Of a stretch of DNA of 64,000 bases, positions 25,004-32,453 are shown piece after piece (position 1 is the stretch's first letter; the number at the start of each line of letters is the position of its first letter). The notes under the pieces are model-generated. The model was not told the DNA's origin. It saw nothing but the letters and a program-made list of their open reading frames with translations, and made no database searches. The DNA is from Candidatus Omnitrophota bacterium. Lineage in GTDB: Bacteria; Omnitrophota; Gorgyraeia; Gygaellales; Profunditerraquicolaceae. Location: positions 417-64,416 of the forward strand of contig JAKPTF010000097.1 in NCBI GenBank assembly GCA_029571225.1. Reading direction: 5' to 3'. The position numbers and the translations under genes were made by a program.

Positions 25004-25479
25004 GCGGCCCTGCCCATGCGCGATTCATGAGAATTGCGGTTAGGGAAGCGCGCAAGAACCTTGTCTTGCCTGACGGAGGTCCCTTCGGCGCGTGCATCGT
25101 CAGCAAAGGCAAGGTGATTGCCCTGGCGCGCAATACCGTATTAAAAGAGGACGCGACCTGCCATGCGGAGATCAATGCCATACGAAAGGCCTCCAGACGG
25201 CTCGGGACGTTTGATCTTTCAGGATGCCGCATCTATTCGACCACAGAGCCCTGCCCCATGTGTTTCAGCGCGATACACTGGGCACGCATAGAAGAGGTTT
25301 TCTACGGCACCACAATTTCCGATGCCCGCAGGATCGGTTTCAATGAACTGCGCATCAATGCAAGGTTCCTTAAGAAAACGGGCGGCAGCCCTGTAAGGAT
25401 AACATCCGGATTGCTGCGGACGGAATGCAGGGCGTTATTAAACGACTGGCTGAGTATGCCGTCAAGGCGCGTGTATTGA
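25000..25479 (+). CDS. CDA-fold nucleoside/guanine deaminase
   Basis: GGPFGACIV, CHAEINAI (H/C-A-E) and PCPMCFSAI (PCxxC) zinc motifs. Confidence 0.8.
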   Translation: MSGPAHARFMRIAVREARKNLVLPDGGPFGACIVSKGKVIALARNTVLKEDATCHAEINAIRKASRRLGTFDLSGCRIYSTTEPCPMCFSAIHWARIEEVFYGTTISDARRIGFNELRINARFLKKTGGSPVRITSGLLRTECRALLNDWLSMPSRRVY

Positions 25480-25504
25480 AATGTCAATCCGTTACGGAGG
25501 TCGC

Positions 25505-25660
25505 ATGAAAATAGGTCATCTGGATGTGCGGATCTTCAAGATCAAGAACCGCCGGGGATATGCCGCCGTGTGCTGTGATCATCTGACCGAAGGCAGGACA
25601 CAGCAGGAGGCGTATGACCGCATGGTCAAGGCAGTGCGCCGCACGGAACGAAGGAAATAG
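25505..25660 (+). CDS. Small 51-aa protein, weakly HicB/UPF0150-like
   Basis: My own translation; it is below the track's size cut-off. MKIGHLDVRIFKIKNRRGYAAVCCDHLTEGRTQQEAYDRMVKAVRRTERRK. It fills the gap between two coupled genes. The ...GY.A.C.DL.....T..EA...M..AV pattern resembles HicB-type folds. Confidence 0.3.
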   Translation: MKIGHLDVRIFKIKNRRGYAAVCCDHLTEGRTQQEAYDRMVKAVRRTERRK

Positions 25661-25681
25661 CTATGCCACAGGACATGGAGG

Positions 25682-25924
25682 ATGCCGATGCGGATGCTGA
25701 TCGCGTGCATCGCTGTATGTTCGCTCGTAGCGGGCGTCGTATTAATAAAGGCGCCGGCCCGCGCGATCGAGCTTCAGAAGAGATTTTATCTATTGATCAA
25801 CTGGCGCATTGAGCCTGTCGATTACGCCAGGGAAATTCGCAATACCCGCGCCATGGGTATTTTTCTTATCGCGGCCGTGATCGCATCTCTGTTTTACGGC
25901 GCATGGCAGAGGCTGCTGCCGTGA
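25682..25924 (+). CDS. Small two-helix membrane protein
   Basis: 80 aa with two hydrophobic helices. Its stop overlaps the Sir2 start region. Confidence 0.4.
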   Translation: MPMRMLIACIAVCSLVAGVVLIKAPARAIELQKRFYLLINWRIEPVDYAREIRNTRAMGIFLIAAVIASLFYGAWQRLLP

Positions 25925-26721
25925 GCGCCGGGCCAGGATGCGCGGTTGACCCGGAATCGATACGCAGGATCGCCGGATATATGAAGCGGGCCCGCAGCGT
26001 GCTGTTCATAACCGGAGCGGGGATTTCAGCGGATTCGGGGCTTCCGACCTACCGCGGCATCGGCGGCCTTTATAACGATTCTGTGACGGATGAGGGTATC
26101 CCAATTGAGACGGCGCTCGCGGGCAAGACCCTTGCTTCCCATCCGGAGGTGACGTGGAAATATCTGGCCCGGATCGAAGAGCGCTGCCGCAATGCCCGTT
26201 ACAACCGCGCGCATGAGGTGATCGCCCTGGCGCAGGAAAGATTCGAGCGCGTGTGCGTCCTGACCCAGAACATCGACGGTTTCCATCAGGCCGCAGGTTC
26301 ACGCAACGTCATAGATATCCACGGGGATCTGCACGATATATTCTGCCCCGCCTGCGGCTGGAGGGTGAAGGTAAAGGATTATTCAGGGATAAGCGTGCCT
26401 CCCGCGTGCCCGCGCTGCGGCTCGATCGCAAGGCCCGATGTCGTTTTGTTCGGCGAAATGCTTCCTGCCCGTAAATACGACGACCTGGTCCGCCAGCGCC
26501 GCGAAGGGTTTGATCTGTATTTCACAATCGGCACGACGAGCGTGTTCGGGTATATCGCGGAACCCGTCATCGAAGCTAAAGCACTGGGCAGGCCGTCAGT
26601 GGAGATAAATCCCGCCCATACTGCAGTTTCGGACTATGTGGACGTGCGGCTTCGCATGGGGGCGGCAGCTGCTCTTGACGCCATATGGAGCTTATATGAT
26701 GCAGAAATGCCCCGGGACTGA
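25903..26721 (+). CDS. cobB: NAD-dependent protein deacylase (Sir2/CobB)
   Basis: GAGISADSGLPTYRG, QNIDGFH (catalytic His), and Zn ribbon CPACG...CPRCG. An alternative GTG start at 25921 gives a GTGA overlap. Confidence 0.85.
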   Translation: MAEAAAVSAGPGCAVDPESIRRIAGYMKRARSVLFITGAGISADSGLPTYRGIGGLYNDSVTDEGIPIETALAGKTLASHPEVTWKYLARIEERCRNARYNRAHEVIALAQERFERVCVLTQNIDGFHQAAGSRNVIDIHGDLHDIFCPACGWRVKVKDYSGISVPPACPRCGSIARPDVVLFGEMLPARKYDDLVRQRREGFDLYFTIGTTSVFGYIAEPVIEAKALGRPSVEINPAHTAVSDYVDVRLRMGAAAALDAIWSLYDAEMPRD

Positions 26722-26778
26722 TTCCCGGAACTTGAAAGTCGAGATTATCCGTATCAATCCAAAAGAAGGGAAACAGCC

Positions 26779-28860
26779 ATGAGCCCGGCCGGGTATATGG
26801 CATCGGGTTGCAGGATACTCTCCGATCCCCGTATAATCATTGCCTACCTGTGTTATGTCGTCGGCGTTTCTTACGCCGCCGAATATGTATTGCCTGTACA
26901 GATCGCCGCGACTCTTTTGGTCGAGCCGCTTGTGTTCTCTTATATTGCCTCCAGGTTTTTCATAGAGGTTGTTGGCCCTTCTCGGCTGCCTGAGCACCGT
27001 TCAATGCGCTGGCGGCTTTACGGGCCTTTTATGGCGATATTCGCCATGCTGTTTGCCGGAACCGTCGCGTTCCAGGCCGCATATTTCTTTTTTTTCCGAC
27101 GCGACGTCCCCGTATCGATGCCGTTGCTCGCCTGGTACGGTGTGCTTTCGACCATGGTCGTGTTCTGGATGACCGGAGTTTTGTTCTGCCGCGGCAGTGT
27201 ATGGAGAGGGTTGGTTGCGGCTTTCCGGCTGGCTGGGAAATATCCGGCTGCGGCGGCAATGTTTTTTGCCGGATATTTTTTGTTCGAGGTCTTCCATGAG
27301 TCATTCGGTTTCGGCTCCCTGCGAAGCGCTAATCCCGGCGCGTTCGTTATCCTTCACTCGGCGTATGCGTTCTTTGATCTTTACGTAACCAGGGCCGCGG
27401 TAGAGATCGCGGCTTTATCCGGCTTCTTTGCCGACTCTCTTGCTGTGCTCGATGAATATGTTTCGGTGCGGCCGCAGGCAGCCGCAATTGACAACCACCG
27501 CTCGCAGATGAGAAGGGCGAATGTCTGCCTGTTTCTGGGATGCATATCGTTCATTCCCGTCATCCACCTCTTTGCCGCGGTTCTCGGATGGAAGCGCTTC
27601 AGGAACCAGGAATACGGCCGTTTTCGTTCAGTAGTCGGGGCAGCCCTGGGGGTATTCTTTACCGCAATCTATGCCTGCGCCCTTGCAGGCAATCTGCTCT
27701 TTCCTGAAACAAAGTTCAGGGCTCAGGAGCATGTGGCGAGCCTCGAGGTATTTATGCGGGATCCCGCAGTTTCAACACGCGTTAAACAGGCCATCCGACT
27801 CTTACAGTCGAAGAAAGGGGCAAATCCTGCGGTTGTGGCTGCCAGGCTCGAAGAATCCGCAGGCGATCAGAGCCAGGCACGTTATTTTGCCCTGGGCCTG
27901 GCGCACAGCCGGGCGTATCAGCCGAAAGAGGCCCTCGCCGCCTTCAAGAAATGCCTGGAACTTCCGGGCTGGAGCCCGGAGGTATTGTTCCATATCGGCA
28001 GGATTCATCTTTTCCAGACCCATGATTTTTCCGAGGCCCGCAGCAATCTCGTCAGGTTTATGGGTTTGCGTCCTGATGACAGGACAGCAGCGCTGTATAT
28101 TGCCCTCATCGACAACAGGGTCTCTTGGGACAGGAATTGGGCCATCAGCCTTATGTCCGTGATCGCGCTTCTGATCGCCATTACCTGTCATGAATTCGGC
28201 CACAGTTATGCCGCGTATAAATGCGGGGATAGGACGCCGAAAGATGCTGGCCGTTTGTCCCTGAACCCGGCAGTGCATCTGGACCTTTTCGGATCCATTA
28301 TCCTGCCTGCATCGCTGATCCTTACGCGCAGCGGAATCGTAGTCGGGTGGGCAAAGCCTGTTCCGGTCAACCCTGAAAATTTCAGGGACCGGAAACGCGA
28401 TACGGCGCTGGTATCGGCCATGGGATGCTGCACGAACTTCGCGATTGCCTTTGCAGCAACGATCGTGCTTGCCTTTGCCGGTGCGTGCCTGACGGTTCTG
28501 GCACCTGATTTCGTATCGTTTCACTGGCTTTTTCCATCCGGATTCGTATCGGCTGCGGGCGTGCCGTTTGCGCGTTTATGGATTTACGGGGTCATATTCA
28601 CCAGCCTCTTGATAATGGTTAACATAGCCATCGGGGTGTTCAATCTTATTCCGATTCCGCCGCTTGACGGGGCGTGGGTCGTAGAACAAAGGCTGCGGTC
28701 CGCCCTGAAGGGTTATTATGCCGCATATCATCAATTCGCTTTTCTGCTGATCCTGGTTTTACTCTATGCAAATGTCATCGATACCGTGATCGGGTTTATC
28801 GTGAACTCGTATTTTGCATACCTGCAGGCTGTCCTGGCGCCAGCGCTGTACCTGACATGA
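26779..28860 (+). CDS. Large fusion: polytopic N-terminal membrane region + TPR-like segment + C-terminal M50-type (site-2 protease family) domain
   Basis: 693 aa. HEFGH at 28189-28203 is followed by GRLSLNPAVHLDLFGS and NLIPIPPLDG, the pattern of the small stand-alone 'site-2 protease family' proteins. It is preceded by ~330 aa of TM helices and a TPR-like stretch (ARYFALGLAHSRAYQPKEALAAFKKCLEL). Confidence 0.7.
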   Translation: MSPAGYMASGCRILSDPRIIIAYLCYVVGVSYAAEYVLPVQIAATLLVEPLVFSYIASRFFIEVVGPSRLPEHRSMRWRLYGPFMAIFAMLFAGTVAFQAAYFFFFRRDVPVSMPLLAWYGVLSTMVVFWMTGVLFCRGSVWRGLVAAFRLAGKYPAAAAMFFAGYFLFEVFHESFGFGSLRSANPGAFVILHSAYAFFDLYVTRAAVEIAALSGFFADSLAVLDEYVSVRPQAAAIDNHRSQMRRANVCLFLGCISFIPVIHLFAAVLGWKRFRNQEYGRFRSVVGAALGVFFTAIYACALAGNLLFPETKFRAQEHVASLEVFMRDPAVSTRVKQAIRLLQSKKGANPAVVAARLEESAGDQSQARYFALGLAHSRAYQPKEALAAFKKCLELPGWSPEVLFHIGRIHLFQTHDFSEARSNLVRFMGLRPDDRTAALYIALIDNRVSWDRNWAISLMSVIALLIAITCHEFGHSYAAYKCGDRTPKDAGRLSLNPAVHLDLFGSIILPASLILTRSGIVVGWAKPVPVNPENFRDRKRDTALVSAMGCCTNFAIAFAATIVLAFAGACLTVLAPDFVSFHWLFPSGFVSAAGVPFARLWIYGVIFTSLLIMVNIAIGVFNLIPIPPLDGAWVVEQRLRSALKGYYAAYHQFAFLLILVLLYANVIDTVIGFIVNSYFAYLQAVLAPALYLT

Positions 28861-28876
28861 GTAAGAAGGAGGGGTA

Positions 28877-29824
28877 ATGGCTATATGTTCAAGAAGGAAA
28901 TTCCTTAAAATTGTTGCTGCCGGCATCGGGTCTGCGGCGGCCTTGAGATTTTTTTCCCGCGCGGGTATCGCGCAGGCAGTCAGATCGTCGAACGGTCGGA
29001 AGCGGCGCACTATAACGGCAGATCATGATCTCGTCGCGGTTAAAGGTTCCGACCCGGCTGCGATGACGCGCGCGGCTGTTAAGGCTCTGGGAGGGATGGC
29101 GAAGTTCGTCCCCCGGGGAAGCACTGTCGTCGTCAAGCCGAACATCGGCTGGGACCGAAGTCCTGAGACCGGGGCAAACACGAATCCGGATGTCGTCGCG
29201 GCCCTTGTCGAGATGTGTTATGAAGCCGGGGCAAAGAGGGTCAATGTGTTCGACAATACCTGCAACACGGCGCAGCGATGTTATGAGACAAGCGGCATCA
29301 GGCGCCTGGCGGAAAGTAAAGGCGCGCGGGTGTACCATACCGACGCCTGGAATTTCGTCAGGGCGCAGTTCCCCTATGAAAGCCCGATGGAAGGGTGGCC
29401 CGTGTTCCGTGACGCGATCGAATGCGATACGTTCATAAACGTGCCGGTCCTGAAGCATCATGGCCTGACCGGGTTGACTCTGGGCATGAAGAACCTTATG
29501 GGCGTTTGCGGCGGATCGCGCGGGCAGATCCATTTCAACATAGGCCGGAAGCTGGTCGATATGGCTGATTTCATCAAGCCGGAACTTACCGTGATAGACG
29601 GATTCAGGTATCTTGCGCGCAACGGCCCAACAGGCGGCAATTTAGCTGACGTGCTGGCCCTGGGCACCGTCATCGCTTCGCCCGATATAACGCTGGCTGA
29701 TGTGTACGCTGCGCGTCTTGTCGGCAGGGATCCTAATTCCATCCCTTATATCGCCAATGCGATCGAGCGCGGCCTTGGTAGTCCGTATTACGCGGGCAAA
29801 GACGTCGTGGAACTGTCGGTATGA
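28877..29824 (+). CDS. DUF362-family protein with a twin-arginine (Tat) signal peptide
   Basis: MAICSRRKFLKIVAAGIGSAAALRFFSRAGIAQA is a Tat signal. VVVKPNIGW...NTNPDVV...LKHH...MKNLMG is the DUF362 pattern (COG2006-like). Confidence 0.8.
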   Translation: MAICSRRKFLKIVAAGIGSAAALRFFSRAGIAQAVRSSNGRKRRTITADHDLVAVKGSDPAAMTRAAVKALGGMAKFVPRGSTVVVKPNIGWDRSPETGANTNPDVVAALVEMCYEAGAKRVNVFDNTCNTAQRCYETSGIRRLAESKGARVYHTDAWNFVRAQFPYESPMEGWPVFRDAIECDTFINVPVLKHHGLTGLTLGMKNLMGVCGGSRGQIHFNIGRKLVDMADFIKPELTVIDGFRYLARNGPTGGNLADVLALGTVIASPDITLADVYAARLVGRDPNSIPYIANAIERGLGSPYYAGKDVVELSV

Positions 29825-29834
29825 CCCTGTAAAA

Positions 29835-31367
29835 ATGAAAAAACTCGTTGTTGCTAAAAGGGCGTCGCAGGCTGTTTTCTTATCGATGTTCGTCTATATA
29901 CTCTGGTCCACGACCTATCCGCTTACCGGGCCAGTTTCTCCGCAGCTATTGTTCAAGGCGGACCCGCTTCTTGTGCTGGCAACGGCGGTCAGCGAACGCG
30001 CGGCAGTGCCGGGTATAGCGTGGGCGCTGGCGATGTGCTTCCTGACGCTTGTAGCCGGGAGGTTTTTTTGCGGGTGGATGTGCCCGCTGGGTTCGCTCAT
30101 AGATATGGCAGGGGCAGAGAAGAAGGACAGGCCGTTATCCGACAAACGGAACCGCCGTCTGCGCAGGGTAAAATACTGGCTTCTTGCCTGCATTCTTGCG
30201 GCTGCCGGAGCAGGGATCCAGCTCGCATGGCTGTTCGATCCTGTAGTAATATTCGGACGTTTCGTTTCCCTGAACCTTATACCGGCGATTACGTTCGCTT
30301 TTGACGCCGCGTTTTCTTCGTTGATCCGAGGCTTCCATCTTTACGGCCCGGTTTATGACCTGTATCGTTACCTCAAGACAACAATCCTGGGGGTCCAGGT
30401 GCGGTATGTCGCCCACGCGGCTGCCGTGTTCGCGTATATACTTTCCATCGTCATTGCCGCTGACCTGTTGAAACGGTCATGGTGCAGGATCTGCTGTCCG
30501 CTCGGAGCGCTGTACGGCCTGATCGGGCGGTTTACTTTGCTTGAGCGCTCGGTCGATAGATGCTCGCACTGCGGAAATTGCTCTTCTTCCTGCCGCATGG
30601 GCGCAATCACAAAAGACGCCGGTTATGTCAAATCCGAATGCATCCTGTGCATGGATTGCGTCTATGATTGTCCTTCGAAGGGGACACGGTTCGGGTTCCC
30701 TTTAGGTCCTGAAGCCGGGGAGATCGGCGGAAGCTCCGTAAACCGCAGGCAATTCCTGGCGCTGGGACTTTTGTCTCTGCCGTCTTTACTTGGTTTCAGG
30801 GTCGCCTATCCTGGCAGGCCCGGTTCACAAAGAAGGCGAGTGATCAGGCCGCCCGCAGCGCTTGAGGAAGAGGAATTCCTTAACCGGTGCGTGCGGTGCG
30901 GCAATTGCATGAAGGTTTGCGTCACCAACGGCCTTCAGCCCGCGTTTCTGGAATCTGGTATCGGAGGCATCTGGACTCCGCATCTGGTCCCCGAAATCGG
31001 GTATTGCGAATACCATTGCACTCTTTGCGGCAGCGTATGCCCCACAGGCGCCATCCCGCGCCTTACAGAAGAGCAGAAGCTCAAGACAAGGCTCGGGATC
31101 GCCCGGATCGACCGATCCCTGTGCCTGCCGTGGATAAAAAAACAGGAATGCCTTGTTTGCGAGGAGCATTGTCCGATTGCCAGCAAGGCGATACAATTGC
31201 GCCCGACCACGGTAAACGGCAAGGCGTTATTGCGGCCGTATATCAATGAGCGGCTGTGCATAGGCTGCGGCATATGCCAGACAAAATGCCCTGTGCGCCC
31301 TGATAGGGCAATTAAAATATATCCCGTGCGTGTGACGCGCGGCATAAAAAAAAGGCAAAAGCCATGA
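29835..31367 (+). CDS. Membrane polyferredoxin: NapH-like (2x Cx3CP, 2 Fe-S motifs) fused through an RR-containing helix to a NapG-like 4-cluster ferredoxin
   Basis: CGWMCPLGS and CRICCPLGA lie in the TM region. Cys motifs: CSHCGNCSSSC, CILCMDCVYDCP | NRRQFLALGLLSL | CVRCGNCMKVC, CTLCGSVCP, CLVCEEHCP, CIGCGICQTKCP. The track ORF starts at 29700. Confidence 0.8.
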   Translation: MKKLVVAKRASQAVFLSMFVYILWSTTYPLTGPVSPQLLFKADPLLVLATAVSERAAVPGIAWALAMCFLTLVAGRFFCGWMCPLGSLIDMAGAEKKDRPLSDKRNRRLRRVKYWLLACILAAAGAGIQLAWLFDPVVIFGRFVSLNLIPAITFAFDAAFSSLIRGFHLYGPVYDLYRYLKTTILGVQVRYVAHAAAVFAYILSIVIAADLLKRSWCRICCPLGALYGLIGRFTLLERSVDRCSHCGNCSSSCRMGAITKDAGYVKSECILCMDCVYDCPSKGTRFGFPLGPEAGEIGGSSVNRRQFLALGLLSLPSLLGFRVAYPGRPGSQRRRVIRPPAALEEEEFLNRCVRCGNCMKVCVTNGLQPAFLESGIGGIWTPHLVPEIGYCEYHCTLCGSVCPTGAIPRLTEEQKLKTRLGIARIDRSLCLPWIKKQECLVCEEHCPIASKAIQLRPTTVNGKALLRPYINERLCIGCGICQTKCPVRPDRAIKIYPVRVTRGIKKRQKP

Positions 31368-32437
31368 AGAACTGTGTTTTCTTTGCGCCGGTATCAGGCG
31401 AGGAAGCGGAGCCGGCGGTGCGCGCCAGGCTGGATGAGTTGATACGCCGTAGCGGCTGCAATTCCGTGATAAGCTCCGGAGACAGAGTCGTGCTTAAACT
31501 TCATTTCGGGGAACAGGGCAATAAGGGTTTTGTGCGGCCGTCGTATGTATCAGCGATTGCGCAGGCGGCGGCGCGCGCGGGCGGAGAACCGGTCGTTTCC
31601 GACACCAATACCCTGTACCGCGGCAGGCGTATGAATTCAACGGATCATTTGAAGCTTGCGTATGAGCATGGTTTTACGCCTGACGCGCTCAAGGCGCAGG
31701 TCGTAGTTCCCGATGACACCAGGCCGGAGAATGTCCGCGCCATAGAAGCCAACGGCGAGTACGTGAAGACCGCCAAGATTGCGGCGATATATGCCGGGGC
31801 GGACGCCTTGATCGGAATAACTCATTTCAAGGGCCATCTTATGACAGGTTTCGGCGGCGCGGTGAAGAATATCGGAATGGGATGCGCGACCCGGGAGGGC
31901 AAGCTTTTTCAGCATTCGGATCTCTCGCCGATCGTGGTTATAAAAAAGTGTACCGGCTGCAAGGCATGCGTGTCCGTGTGCCCAGCCGGGGCCATTACCA
32001 TGAAGAACGGCATGGCGGCGGTGGATACGGCAAGATGCATCGGCTGCGCTAGCTGTATCCCCGCATGCAAATTCAGGGCCATCGATCTTGACTGGGAGGG
32101 AGGCGGCATGTCCATCCAGGAAAAGATGGCAGAATACGCCATGGCTGTTTTGGGCAATAAAAAAGGCAAGGCCTTTTTCTTTAATTTTCTTATAAAGATT
32201 ACAAAGGAATGCGATTGCCTGGCGAAAGACGATCCCCGCATCGTGCCGGATATCGGCATCCTTGCGTCGGAGGATCCGGTTGCCGTGGACCAGGCAAGCC
32301 TGGACCTGGTAATTGCCAGAGCAGGCGAGGATATCTTAAGGAAGCTCCATCCTCATCGCGACGGCACCAGGCAGCTGGCGCACGCTGCAAAGATAGGCAT
32401 GGGAAGCAGGGAATACCTGCTGGAGACGATCAACTGA
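31364..32437 (+). CDS. Cytoplasmic DUF362-family protein with an inserted 2x[4Fe-4S] ferredoxin domain
   Basis: ATGA overlap with the upstream gene. VLKLHFGE...THFKGH...GGAVKNIGMG with CTGCKACVSVCP and CIGCASCIPAC (COG2768-like). No signal peptide. Confidence 0.8.
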   Translation: MKNCVFFAPVSGEEAEPAVRARLDELIRRSGCNSVISSGDRVVLKLHFGEQGNKGFVRPSYVSAIAQAAARAGGEPVVSDTNTLYRGRRMNSTDHLKLAYEHGFTPDALKAQVVVPDDTRPENVRAIEANGEYVKTAKIAAIYAGADALIGITHFKGHLMTGFGGAVKNIGMGCATREGKLFQHSDLSPIVVIKKCTGCKACVSVCPAGAITMKNGMAAVDTARCIGCASCIPACKFRAIDLDWEGGGMSIQEKMAEYAMAVLGNKKGKAFFFNFLIKITKECDCLAKDDPRIVPDIGILASEDPVAVDQASLDLVIARAGEDILRKLHPHRDGTRQLAHAAKIGMGSREYLLETIN

Positions 32438-32453
32438 CAGTGAAGGAGGCAGG

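Noticed and set aside
25903-26721. Sir2 gene as part of an NAD-depleting anti-phage system (Thoeris/DSR-like)
   Set aside because: The protein has the size (~270 aa), the GAGIS...QNIDGFH motifs and the Cys4 zinc ribbon of housekeeping CobB-type deacylases. No TIR, SLOG, HerA or other defence partner is adjacent.
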